NCBI RefSeq assembly: GCF_023055435.1
Contig: NW_025963857.1
Location: 28,892,001 to 28,956,000, forward strand
Length of the DNA stretch: 64,000 nt
Source: Haliotis rufescens
Taxonomy: Eukaryota
Reading direction: 5' to 3'
Shown: one piece after another, positions 38,928 to 51,420 of the stretch
Layout: every line of letters starts with the position of its first letter
Numbering within the stretch: position 1 is the first letter of the stretch
Translations under genes and position numbers: made by a program
The notes under the pieces: generated by a model
Told to the model about the DNA's origin: nothing
Databases searched by the model: none
The model's input: only the letters and a program-made list of their open reading frames with translations

Positions 38928-41079
38928 CTATCCTTCACAAAAGGTGAATACTTTCACATGATCATCGCTGGTAACGTAAAGCAAGCCATCATCATCCAGA
39001 CAGATACCACGAGGACTCTCAAGGCGATCATGTTGTGTGAGAACATCTCTGACAAACTGCCCCGACTCTGTCAGCTGAATCACCCTTTTGGTGCCTCTGT
39101 CTACAAGCAGGATGTCTCCTGTGCTGGTTGTTGTGACACCTCGAGGATATTTCAGAGCATTGTCTCCTGAAGGGGTGTAGGTGAAAACAACTTCACCATC
39201 ACAGGTCGCAGATACCAGGGATTTTACTGCAGCATCACTGACTATCAAGTTGTTATTTCTCGTGACATGAATATAGGATGGGTTCTTTATCACACCTGTG
39301 TTGATAGATTTAAGAACATTCCCTTTCATATCCAGCACGTCAACAGAGGCACGACTGCCGATACCACCTGCTACCAGTTGTGAAGAGTTCAGACAGGCTA
39401 ACCCATAATACTTCTTCTTTGTCTTCACAGTTGACACTTGTGTGGGTTCAGTGTTAAAGCTGATGAAAGCTATTTGTTTTGTGTCTGGCAGAGTAACAGC
39501 TACCCGAGCTCCACCAACCTTAGCTACTTGCTTTGGAACAGCGGGAAGATCGAGACATTTCTGGATGAGTCTTTTGTTTGAAGTATAACATGCATGAAGT
39601 CTACTATTAAACCTATCTATCACAACAGTTACCTTGATACCATCAACAACTAATACTGCAACATCAAATAAACTATCGACCCAGGTCCAGATGTCTTCCT
39701 CTCTGCTACAGTCTATTGTTTGCAGGAGAACAGGAGAAGACGTCCGGTCACTCACATCCTGAACAACCATGACCTCCCCCAGATGCACCTCAGCTACAGA
39801 TCTCCTCAGTTTATCTGTGTCATGTGTGAAGACAATACTGGATAGTACTGGTCTCTTGTCCTCACTTGTGTCCTTATCTCTGGATGCTACAGCCACAGTC
39901 TCATATATATCATACATGTCTCCTACACAGTTTGACGTTACGGCTTTATCTGTGAACTCATACCGCTGCTGATGCATCTGGAGCTCAATCTCCTGGGACT
40001 TTCTGTTGGCTTTCAAGTCTTGTACACGTGTCTCAGTGGGTTGGTCGATACGATCAAGCAGTTTCTTTTCTTTTCTCAGAAGAACGTCTACAGCTGCCAT
40101 GCGTACTTTCTGAACTTGGTCTTTCATCTCCTGTGCGTTCGTCGATAGCCTTTCAATTTTCGAATTTGTTGAAGTAATATTATCAGTGTAAGTTTCAATT
40201 GTTTTCTCTTGGTTTCTAGTTTCAGTTATCAGACTTTCTTTCACAAGAGGCGTCATTGTATCTATGGTTTCAACATCATCACACTTCCTGTGTTTGATAC
40301 TGCAGCATACAGTACAAATTGCCATCCTGCAATCTTTACAAAACAGTTTTATCTTCTCATCCTTGTGGATTCTGCACATAAAGCGCTGTGCCTTTGGTTT
40401 CTCGTTACTATGGATACATAAGTCAATCACTTCATGGTCACGTGACAGCGGCATCTTCTTGTGTAACTTGAGACATCCATCACAAAAGACATCGTCACAA
40501 ATGGTGCACCACACAGTGCCTGGAGTTGTCTCCCCATCTTCTTTGCACACGTTACAGGTATCTAAACATAAAGCACAGCGTGTTACAAATAATGCAATAT
40601 CTAGAAAACACACTCACATACTACAACTTTTAATACATACTGTATGTTTACGGGCCATAGTTGTTAGGTGTATAAATGTCAATATAAACCAGCTCACTTC
40701 GAACTCAATACTTCTCACTTTAATAAATATAAAAACTGCATTTCCAATACCTTGGGGTGCAAGACATGAAAACTTTTCAAAATTCCCTACCTGACGATTC
40801 CCCCAAATCGTCCATCAGACTCTGTATAATGTGGTTTGGTTTCAGCTGTCTGACCCACTCCTCTACTGGTCTAGCAGGGTTGGCCACCTTCGTCAGCTGT
40901 CTACAGGAGGGACATGGAATAGACTTGGCTTGAATTGCTTGAGGCTGTGTTTTGGTGTATTTCAGCAAACAGGACTTACAGAATGTGTGACTACACTGAA
41001 GTGTGGCAGGATCTGTGAACACTTCTGTACAGATGACACAGGTCAGATGGTTGTCCGTCAATTTCTTTGCGGTGGCCAT
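38928..41079 (-). CDS. TRIM gene copy 5, full-length RING/B-box1/B-box2/coiled-coil/NHL-like E3 ligase; join(40791..41079, 38928..40561), 640 aa
   Basis: ATG 41079 lies 2 nt after an AG acceptor. Donor CAG|GTAGG at 40791, acceptor TTTAG|AT at 40561. All Zn ligands are present and there are no stops. Architecture resembles TRIM2/3, TRIM56 and TRIM71, but orthology cannot be assigned. Confidence 0.93.
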
Positions 41080-41879
41080 TTCTGATGGAAAGAAATAGTC
41101 CGACTTAGCTATGTCTTCAGTACGAGTTTATAAAAATATATTTCATGGTGCTAAGTATCTCCAATGATCTATTCTTGCAGTGATCATAATAAAACACACA
41201 AACAAAAACACNNNNNNNNNNNNNNNNNNNNNNNNNNNNNNNNNNNNNNNNNNNNNNNNNNNNNNNNNNNNNNNNNNNNNNNNNNNNNNNNNNNNNNNNN
41301 NNNNNNNNNNNNNNNNNNNNNNNNNNNNNNNNNNNNNNNNNNNNNNNNNNNNNNNNNNNNNNNNNNNNNNNNNNNNNNNNNNNNNNNNNNNNNNNNNNNN
41401 NNNNNNNNNNNNNNNNNNNNNNNNNNNNNNNNNNNNNNNNNNNNNNNNNNNNNNNNNNNNNNNNNNNNNNNNNNNNNNNNNNNNNNNNNNNNNNNNNNNN
41501 NNNNNNNNNNNNNNNNNNNNNNNNNNNNNNNNNNNNNNNNNNNNNNNNNNNNNNNNNNNNNNNNNNNNNNNNNNNNNNNNNNNNNNNNNNNNNNNNNNNN
41601 NNNNNNNNNNNNNNNNNNNNNNNNNNNNNNNNNNNNNNNNNNNNNNNNNNNNNNNNNNNNNNNNNNNNNNNNNNNNNNNNNNNNNNNNNNNNNNNNNNNN
41701 CGACGCTTGTATAACCACAGCCACCACTGCTTAAATCTGTTCACACTTGGATTCTAGAAACAAACACGTGCGACATGTGGTTACGTCGTTTTGAAGAGAC
41801 CTAACAGTACATTCAACATCTGTTAACATGTTACACTTATTTCAACCTGCAAGTCAGGCTACTTTCGTTATTGAACTTC

Positions 41880-42130
41880 AATTTACCATGATGTCGACTA
41901 TATTTCAAATATGGGTGGTTATTAACACGAGCCTGTGTGCAATGAATCCGAAAGCAACATATTCCAGTTACATTTTAACAGACATCTATCGTGTTATCTT
42001 CACAGATACGCAACTTGGACGAGCACCCGGGGTAGACTGTTTTTCACTTCCTGGTCGTTGCCTCAGCCACACTGATGAACACGTGATATGTTCAAGCCAT
42101 CGGGGAGAATGTATGTGAACACGTTACACG
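41880..42130 (-). promoter_or_regulatory. Putative promoter / first exon of copy 5
   Basis: ETS motif 42045-42054, CACGTG at 42080. The distal E-box is mutated to CACGTT. Confidence 0.55.
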
Positions 42131-42499
42131 CGATACGATTTCTCAGATCTATTGTGAGCTGTCAGCAGATATATCATGTTGTGAGTGTTTATTGTGACGA
42201 AACATTTTGGAATAACAAATACAATGCTCCCAATACAATGTCATATGTGAAGTACTGTGCGCCATGTTCAAATACTATAATATATAAAATACACAGTACA
42301 ATCAATCATGAATCATTCAAATTATATTTGCAAAGAATCATTTTATAAATATTTGTTTTCTGTTGAAATAAAAAGAATAAACAAGCTGTTGCGTTGTTCT
42401 TAGCAGAGAAAATGTCGATTCTAACAGAAAACTGTAGAAATTGTACCTTCTTATAATGCGCGCTCCAAGTCAGAAGACATTTGTCATAATGCACATGGG

Positions 42500-43420
42500 A
42501 TCACAAATACAAACAAGGTTTTGGCAATGATCTGGTATAATAGAGGTAAAAACTCCAACCTGCCACTCTGTTTGATTCCCTGTTTCAAGTGTATTAACCT
42601 GATCAGCAGCAAAGGTAAAATTAGTCTTGTTTGCAGATAGTGCACTTTCCCGTGTTCTCGTCTTTTCTGAGAGCTTCTTGTCCAAACAAGGGGGCACGCG
42701 CTTTTCTGGTCTCTTTATTCACAACGTCCACTAGACTGTCAAAATTCACACCTGTCTCCCTCTCCCCCAAGGTCTGTATAAGACCCCTGAACTTCTGATA
42801 TTGACTGGGAGGGTAGTTTTCCAACTATTCTGTTAATATTCTCAGAGCAGTTCTCTAACTTAAGGCATTCTTTGTATAGCATTCCGACATTCACACAGGA
42901 AAATTGAGAAATCATCAAGTGCCAACTCACACTGAAACATATGTCTTCATGGTCACCTTTCGATTGCATAAATACTTCATTTGTGAATGGCCAGACTCTG
43001 TGTGCACTTTCTACCTAAGTGTAATCATCTTCACCACACAGAGAATCTGTATGTTCTTCTACCAGCTTGAACTACAACCATGTACATGTATATTGTCTTC
43101 TTTCGAATCCGTGCCGTACTGAAGGCCTTTCTCTGCCCCCTTTCTAATCCTAGCCTCTGCTCTACCATCAGTACTCGTGAAATCATCATCATCTCTCTTA
43201 GGTTTTCTTTCATCATTACTCATGTTTGTATACAATTGCTATATTTGTTCTTCTTAGCAGATAAAATAGCCAGCTCCATCAACAAGCAAACTGTAGACTG
43301 TAATTGTATCTTCTCATCATACCCTAAATCATCATACATTTGTCCTTATGCACATGAGATCAAAGTTCAGTTCAGAGTCTATGTTGCAGTTGTAAGAGTC
43401 ATACTTGTTATAGATTGACT
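42500..43420 (-). mobile_element. BEL/Pao-like LTR retrotransposon gag relic (longest copy)
   Basis: SENINRIVGKLP..QKFRGLIQ..VNFDSLVD.V.KETRKA..P.FGQEAL resembles BEL/Pao gag. Frames are broken. Confidence 0.6.
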
Positions 43421-43849
43421 GCAGTACATTATATTATGATGTAATACTATCACAATATTAATATATTAAACTTCACCAAAAATATACATTTTTTGACAAA
43501 GCCTACCTTTGTTAGATACAATCGACCTGAAACATGTCAGTCAACTCACATAACTAAGATTTCGATTAAATAACCTTTAATTGTTAAGTAAATAAGTTTG
43601 AAAAGCCCTCACAAAGAACGTGTTGCGACATCTGCTTTTAGACCTCGCGCAAAGCGAGCGAGTTTTGAATGCATCAAACAGCTGAGAAAACCATGTAAAA
43701 TACAGACTAAATACTAAGATACAGATTAAATACTCCACAACCCCAATATAAACACCAGCACCACTGCAGACACTGTTCACATGCGGATTTAAGGCGTCAC
43801 TAGCACGTGAGATATTCAACAGTATCGTTACGATATTTTCCAAAGACCA

Positions 43850-44200
43850 ACTTGTACATTTCACACAGCACACTTATTTCAACATTCACACTTATTTCAA
43901 CATTTACATGTATTTCAACAAAGCCACGACTTGAACATGAAGTACAATTGACGTCATGTCGACTATCATTTCAATCTCACAAATCTATGAGTGTTTTTCA
44001 AGAATGATTCGGTGTTTGGAAGAATGATTACGAAAACAAAAGATTCAGGTTATTTTTCAACAGAGAATTAGCGTTTTACCTTTACATACAGCTTCATGCA
44101 CCACCACCGGGGTCAAACAACGTCTGTCTGTCTGGTTGACGCCTCCCACACTGATGATCACGTGACACGATATTCAGATAAGCTGTGAGATGTCATCAGA
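43850..44200 (-). promoter_or_regulatory. Orphan copy of the TRIM promoter module
   Basis: TTTTACCTTTACA..CAAACAACGTCT..CACTGATGATCACGTGACACG matches 6250-6380. The ETS core is lost. Confidence 0.55.
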
Positions 44201-44580
44201 CACATTAGCAATGTCCCGTTTGTTACCACCAGATATTCATTTCCTGCTGAAATACTACTGTACAACTTTGAAAGGACTTGTGACCAAACATCTTCAACTC
44301 AAACATGTGTCAAAGAACACAATAATTGGCAAACAAACATTTATCTTTAAAAACTTCTCATATGAACACAACACGCGCGCGCTTTCCTGAAAACTACCTT
44401 TTCAGTTATAAGTGTTAATTTAGACGACTGTTAACTTTAACCATATACTTCGATATATGTCTTTGGAATAACGTTATGGTAAAAATATCTGAACATGAAA
44501 AATACAAATTGAACTTGAAATACAATTGTGCCAATAATCACAAATAATAAATGGGATATTTCTTAACGTTCACACTTTTC

Positions 44581-44980
44581 TTAAGTCAGATGGTTGTCTG
44601 TTAACTTCTTAGTGGTGTCCATTTGTGATGGCAAGTCGTCTGATTAAATTATCGGTTCAATACGATATTCTCCAAAGGAACCTTTATTCGGACATGGTAT
44701 GCCGATTATCTATTTCTGTTACTTTTAATGTAAAGGATCTGTTAACTCTGACAGTCATACTATTCCATATTCCATTCCATATGTGAGCATAATAAAAGAC
44801 CATATTATGTTGACCACAATTACCCTTACTATTTTAATACCCCATATTCCAGTTGGTATTTCGGGACAGATCAAGAATAAGATGTAGTTCCCCACAAACA
44901 AGTGCTTATCGCAAGACCCGACTTAAGTGTAGAATGGTCTGTCAACACCTCTGCACAGATAACAAAAGTCAGGTGGTTAT
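44581..44980 (-). pseudogene. Two fragments of TRIM RING exons plus copy-2-like upstream intron sequence
   Basis: 44622..44581 reads MDTTKKLTDNHLT*. ~44980..44925 reads NHLTFVICAEVLTDHSTL. 44640-44830 resembles 14670-14885. Confidence 0.75.
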
Positions 44981-45206
44981 TACAACAACTACTACTTGTN
45001 NNNNNNNNNNNNNNNNNNNNNNNNNNNNNNNNNNNNNNNNNNNNNNNNNNNNNNNNNNNNNNNNNNNNNNNNNNNNNNNNNNNNNNNNNNNNNNNNNNNN
45101 NNNNNNNNNNNNNNNNNNNNNNNNNNNNNNNNNNNNNNNNNNNNNNNNNNNNNNNNNNNNNNNNNNNNNNNNNNNNNNNNNNNNNNNNNNNNNNNNNNNN
45201 NNNNNN

Positions 45207-45680
45207 GGAAGGAGTTATTGACCATCTCGTGATCTTGTCTTTTTTTTAATAAATCCAATGAAATCATTTATATCTTTGAATTTTCTGTCCCCTTTGACAC
45301 TAATGTGATTGACAAGATTGAGGAAAAACATGGCAAATATGCTTTCGAAATGTCACGCTTCCCAAGTACCATGTTGTCCGACTCCCCATTGTTCTCGGTG
45401 AGTTAGGTTTGGTACCTCCCAATCTGTTGACTGACATTGGGAGAGTACACGGATTCGCTACCAGGAATACAACCCTTCTGATAATCTGGGTAATGCAGAA
45501 GGCTGCAGTGTTGGGGAGTCTTCCTGGGAGAAGTCCCATTCGCTGTCTGGGCTGCGTGTAGAGGGGGCAAGGGCCCTGAGCTGATGTTGAGCCTAACCAG
45601 TCTGACTGTGCCAACATCACCCAAAAACATTTTGCTGCATTTTTTATTTTAATCTGTAAATAATAATAACAATAACAATG
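45207..45680 (+). mobile_element. 3' end of an RLE-type (R4/Dong-like) non-LTR retrotransposon
   Basis: Broken frames read DLVFFNKSNEIIYIFEFSVPFDTNVIDKIEEKHGKY and LPIVLGELGLVP..MQKAAVLGS, a restriction-like endonuclease C-terminus. Ends in a TAA/CAA-rich tail. Confidence 0.75.
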
Positions 45681-46729
45681 ACATTTTTACAGCACTGAAA
45701 CTCATAGAACTTAGATATATGCTCAAAGCGCTAGCAGCATGTATATATACATAGATACAAGAGTCTGTATAAATGTCACTGATAAGCAGTCGGCATTTTT
45801 TATGGATAAAAATAGTTGGATTGTGTACAGGATTTCGTCATGTTGCCTGTGTGCATAACAACAAGACATGAAGGGAGATCAGTTATCATTCAATGTAGGT
45901 ATTGTCGCACTAAATCAAATAAGGGCATTGTCATCAAAATGTCATCCAAACGACTCGTCAGGCTACAACCCCCAATTCCTTTTCACCGGATGGCCTATAC
46001 CACAGCTAAAACAGGCTGTTTATATGACCAATATATCAGTTGATGTTATTTAAAATTATACACTTATATAAATACTATACATGTTTTAAACGCCAGTGTT
46101 GATGTTGAAGAGAGACCATGGGAGTATCGCTCAGTCAGGAACTAACTCCATCCTCACTGTGAGTCCTACATGTTGAACTATCTGTGAATTTGGATGGGGC
46201 ATACGCATGATTCAAACTATGTTCTACTTACTTAGATCTAGAGAACGCCACCTTCATCACAACAGTCGGACAATCAAGACTCAAAGATTACAGTTCACAT
46301 GATATGAACACAGCGGGATATTATGGACTGGCGCACTTCAGATTACATCTGTAGAAGCTGATCCTCCATAGCCACGAGTGATATAGTGTGTTGGTGGTGG
46401 TAAATGTTATGCAAAGGTCAATTCTAAACCATATTGTTATGTGCAAGACCAATAAAAAATCACGATCGACTCGCGATACATGGAAATCTAAGCTAAACCG
46501 CGAACAAACGAACAATTATAATTAAAGTTATTGTAAATTTAAATAAACTGGGCGGCAAAAGAAAGTATAGGTCGAGTTCCATGATCGATAACAAAAATAA
46601 CAAGAAGATGTTTTGTTGTTAATTATAATGTAACCTAGGGAGGGGTAACAAATGATTGATGAACCACAGTTTGAATGAAATTGTGCAATCACAGGTAATG
46701 AAAGCTCAAGGTAAACACAGGTGGGGTAA

Positions 46730-47800
46730 GAAATTTCATTTTCAAAAGTTGTCTGAAATATCACAAAAAATTGTCAGACACACTACAAGTTCATTGTCGA
46801 CACAGTTGCCTTCAATAGTGTGTATAACCTCCAGCTGCCTCAAGGCATGCTGTGATACGCCGCCTCATCGATGAGGTCAGTCTTCTGATGACGTGGACTT
46901 GAATCCGTTGCCACTCGTCTCTCAGGGCCTGCTGCAATTCTTGTCTGTTGACGGGAGGCTGATGGCGTGCTCAACTCTGTCTGTCAAGATGGTCCCACAG
47001 TTGTTCAATGGGATTCATATCGGGTGAATGGGCAGGCCAGGGCAAAACGTCAACGTTCTGTTGGTTTGGGGAGTTCCGAGTCAGTCTTTGCAGTATGGGG
47101 CCTGGCATTGTCGTGTTGAAACAATGCACCCTGCTGTTGGTTTTGTCAGAACGAAATGCACAACAGGCTGCAACATTTGGTCTCTCTACACTGCACAGCG
47201 TTCAGGTTTCCCTGTATAATCACAAAAATCAGTCTTCTGGTCTCCAAAAATATCGCCCCCGCCGAATGGATGGACCTCTCGAATACACGCCGGAGCCAAA
47301 CGTTCCCCTCTTCGTCGATAAACTCGTTCTCTGTCTTAAACCGACTTTCATCACTAAACAGCACTCGACGCCAATTTCTCAATTACCAGCGTCGAACCTG
47401 CCTCGCCCATCGCAGTCTCAGGCGTCGATGTTGAGCAGTCAGAACCATTCCAGCAGCACGAAGTCGTCGTAGTACTGTACGTTGGCTGATGGGATGTCCC
47501 AACGCTGTTGCTGCCATCGCCGTCGCCGTTACGAATCTGTTTCGCAGGTGAATGAGCCGTATCTGACCGTCTTCCAGTGGTGTTGTCACTCGGGGTCGTT
47601 CGGTTCCAGGCCTGTCCTGTGTTCTTTTCTGTCTGCCTGTACCGTTGAATTAACCTGGCTACTGTCAATGGTGTACAACCAAACCTTCTGGCAAATTGGA
47701 CGTGTGTTGACCCCATTTCGGCCATGGCATTGTTGGCTTTAATCCGGACTTGTACCAGCAGCAACACATGCACAAACATACGTGCATGCACGTCGCTATT
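46730..47800 (-). mobile_element. Degenerate Tc1-like transposon
   Basis: HLRNRFVTA..ISQRTVLRRL, NWRRVLFSDESRF, WPAHSPDMNPIEQLWD in broken frames. Confidence 0.88.
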
Positions 47801-48109
47801 TTAGTGCAATAATCGTGGATGCAACGTTAAACACCATTTCACCTCACTTAGGTATGGATGTTACAGTCAATGTGTAAAATGACTAAGATTTTCATCTAGG
47901 CAATTTACAATCTGTCTTAATATTTCAGTACTTTTTCAAACTGATTGAAATATCGATCCATTTATTATATTATAATCTCACCACCCAGTGTCTTCTGGCT
48001 TCTAATCATTGCATAATTTGTCTATTGTAATGATTAAAACCCATCTTAATAATTTTCATTCAATTTGTCAAATACATGGACATATTTTTCGGTCAACCTG
48101 ACTAAAAAA

Positions 48110-49060
48110 GACTCTTCCAAAAGGGAAATGCAAGCCAGATTTGTGTTAGGTAGGAAAATACATTTATACGAGGAACCGTACAAGGTGTTAAGCCAAAATG
48201 TTGTGGAGAGAACACTTGGTGATTGTAGTCATCACAGTTATCGGTACATAGGAAAAGTGAAAGGTGAAGGTCAGCTCCGAACAATAAAGCGTATGTCCCC
48301 CGTTGGAACCGATAGCGGCCTGACATCTCCTGCCTATGGAAGAGACGAGTATGCGAATCACGTCCTTTGGAATGGTAGCCCACTCGGCCTGCAACGCAAA
48401 AGCCAACTGCTGCAACGTCTAGGGGTTGTGGCTGACGTCGGCGGAGCCGTCTATCCAATTTATCCCACAGGTGCTCTGTCGGGTTCAAATCCGGGGATCT
48501 GGGTGTCCAAGGGAGAACATCAAGGTTCTTGGTGTGTAGACAAGCTCTTGTGGTCCGTGCTGTATGCGATCGAGCGTTGTCCTTCTGGAATACACCGTTG
48601 CCGTTGGGAAGACGTGTGGTAGGAGAATTTCGTTGATGTATCGTTGAACCGTAATATGGATCAAACCTGTCCGGGGATGATGAGAGATAGCCGCCCACAT
48701 CATAACGCTAACCCCACAAAACCTGTCCAATTCCTGTACACAATTTCCAGTGTAACGTTCTCCCCGACGTCTGTAGACCAGTGCTCTTCCATACCTTCGA
48801 TGGAGGAGAAATCTTGATTCGTCCCTGAACCAGACATCTCCCCATCGCAGGTGAGGACATACCCTGTGTTGACGACTCCACTGCAGTCGTTGATCGGGAT
48901 TCCCCTGCCTGAAAACGGCCGATGACGTTGTTTTTTGCACTTCTTGTTAATATTGGCATGTTGTTGAACTGTCACTGATCGAATGACACAACATTCAAGG
49001 CCTTAGTAAAGTTTCAAAATGTTTCACTATCGACATGTGGATGCTATTTCAGTGACAAAA
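48110..49060 (-). mobile_element. Degenerate Tc1-like transposon
   Basis: VWFRDESRF, FQKDNARSHTAR, WTPRSPDLNPTEHLWD. Confidence 0.88.
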
Positions 49061-50137
49061 AAATGCCTGATGCAATTCCCGATTTTGACATATGTTATCA
49101 GGTGAATAATTGACATGTCTTCGTATGTGTTTGTGACAGGTGACACCGGTGGGGCAGGATACGCTCACCTTTTCACAAACACCTGGTATCAGTACTATTT
49201 AATAGTGATTAATAAACACATACTTATCGTACAATGGATACAATTTTGCCGCTCTTATTACAACGCCTGATTATAATGCCGCCTGTCTACTGTCAACTGT
49301 CATGTGGATATCAACATCGACAGAGACAGAGGATCATTTAAATGACTTTTTTATGCCTTAGTTAGGTTGACGTTTCATAAAGTTATTTTGAAAAGTAATC
49401 ACACAAGCACTGCAACAATAGCCGTGAACTAAAATTGATACATACATGGGGGTTTACGGGGACACCCATGTTAGTATTGTTGATAATCATGTCTGACACA
49501 CCCGTGGAAATTCCAACGTAAAATAGGTCCCAGGTGTACTCGTAACTGATTAAATGGTGATTGGTTGTTGATAATTTTGTGCAACGTTTCACCGACTACG
49601 GATATCGTAGCTCATGATATTAAGCCCTCGTTAGCATGGTTCAGATTCGATTTTCTACAGACTGTGTTATAGTTGCTTTGTGAAAAAGGAACTCGATCAC
49701 ACCTTTATGTTCAAACTAAGTTCCATAACAGTGAAGGGATTCGATAATGGAATTGACTTACATGACATTTTGCTGAAAATATTTTTTTAGATGAAATTTT
49801 CAGAATACTCCTTTTGCTCAAGTAGAGGATATTTACTTGACGCTGATGACCCTGTGCTAGCTGACAATGCAGGTAATTGAGATTCAAGTATATGTGTTGC
49901 TGGTCTTTGTTTAACACAATGGATGTGATTAATAATAACTATACATATACTGGGATACATGTTACGTTCATGTTAATGCAGCAAAATGAAAATAATTAAT
50001 GTCCAGAAAGGCGAAAGGCGAATTTTAAGCCCATGATAAAACAAACATCAAATATCATACATGTTTTAAAGCCGCCCTAAAGTGATAAGTCTACTGTCCT
50101 GCTCTGAGTGAGATAGTAGGAGTACTGACTGCAATCC

Positions 50138-50352
50138 ACCCGGGTAGAGAATATGTCTTCAGCAAGCCGTGCTTGCTGTTAAAGGCGACGACGTCAGGCT
50201 CGCTGACTTGTTTGATGCATATCATCGTATCCGAACTGCGTAGAGTGATGCTCATGATGTTAATCACTGGATTTTCTGGTCCGGGTTCGATTATGTACAG
50301 ACCGACGTCATATATAGCTGGAATTTTGCGTGCGGCGTTAAACAACAAACAA
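50138..50352 (+). mobile_element. SINE-like family C
   Basis: Homologous to 495-750. Confidence 0.8.
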
Positions 50353-50569
50353 ATTAAACAAAAATGGCTACAAACCTACTGTGAATCCTGGCTTTTGTAC
50401 CTATTTATTCAGTTGGTGTGGAATATACATGATTCTAACTACCTTTTACTTACGTTCTACTATATGACCTATATATTAAAATAGCAAGCACAAGGACTAG
50501 ATAATGCCTCCTCATTAGTGACAGTCGTATAACAATGACAATCATATGAGATATAATTGTAGTTACTCA

Positions 50570-51420
50570 CCTAACAGTAATTCGTTATCTGTATTTATCA
50601 ATATCGTGTGTCTCCGTTGGGTTCAAGACACGTCCGCACACGACGTCATACAGAGCTCGTCAGACGTCGGGTTACCAGTACTTCATCCGTGTTAAGCTTC
50701 GTCAGTTTGCAGGAGGATAGGTCGTGTTCTAATCTAATGGTCAAGGTAGTCCCAGCGGTGTTCAAGTGGCGACACGTCAAGGACGCGAGCTGACAAAGGC
50801 AAAACGTTGAATTGACGTTATTGAATAGCAGATGGTGGTGTTTGTGATCTTGTGCTGCCATGTTGAACAATATCCGTGTGTTTATATTACTTGTAGGAAG
50901 GGACCCAATATCTCACGCTTCATGTAATGTTGTGCTGTGAGATTAGCATTGAACACAGCAAATTGAGACTTTTTCACACAAATCCAAGCTAAAAATCTTG
51001 CCGCTGCCACTACACTGAGCCATGAATTCTTCCCGATGAAGATACAGATGTGCTCTACCATTCTGCTCTGAAAAGCTGGAACCAGCTCTGCCCAGACACA
51101 AAATTACTTCCTGTTCTGTCATCGTTGTGCAGAGCGCACACACGTCTTTGACGTCGATTATTACGTGTCAACAATGACCACCATTAAAGTCGATAAGCCA
51201 CAGTGACGCGGACGCCTGGATACCGTGAAACAGCTGATATGTCGTCGGGCAGTTCATGCTGATGACGTCACAGCCAAACGTTGATTCCTCAAATGAAACA
51301 TAGGCTAACAGGGCTAGGTCATTTGGTGTAGTGACACGTGGTCGGTCTGTCCTTGGTCTGTCGGCCCTGTCTGTCATTATCGTGACAGAAAGCTGGTGAT
51401 GTTTCATGAGTGCAAGCAAG
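50570..51420 (-). mobile_element. Highly degenerate Tc1-like transposon
   Basis: DRPRTDRPRVTTP near 51350; SARVLDVSPLEHRWDYLD (decayed WPARSPDLSPIEHLWD) near 50770. Confidence 0.7.

Larger units (their letters stand above)
22100..42995. repeat. Tandem segmental duplication, ~8-9 kb unit (copies 3-5); a further unit at ~56500-64000
   Basis: ATG spacing 24285>32218 (7933 bp) and 32218>41079 (8861 bp). Same order of gene, CA-rich gap, promoter, BEL relic, SINE A, SINE D(+), LINE-like relic, SINE D(-). Confidence 0.92.

Noticed and set aside
40209-40794. Plus-strand ORFs overlapping the TRIM exons (also at 4466, 23414, 31599, 56577, 62969)
   Set aside because: Antisense shadows of the TRIM coding frames, with inconsistent starts and stops.
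38928-41079. Assigning a vertebrate symbol such as TRIM2, TRIM3, TRIM56 or TRIM71
   Set aside because: Only the architecture is similar. No filamin domain is evident and the expansion appears lineage-specific, so a phylogeny is needed.
50646-50870. Small protein-coding exon MAAQDHKHHH...
   Set aside because: Another frame gives decayed Tc1 transposase motifs, so it is part of a transposon relic.
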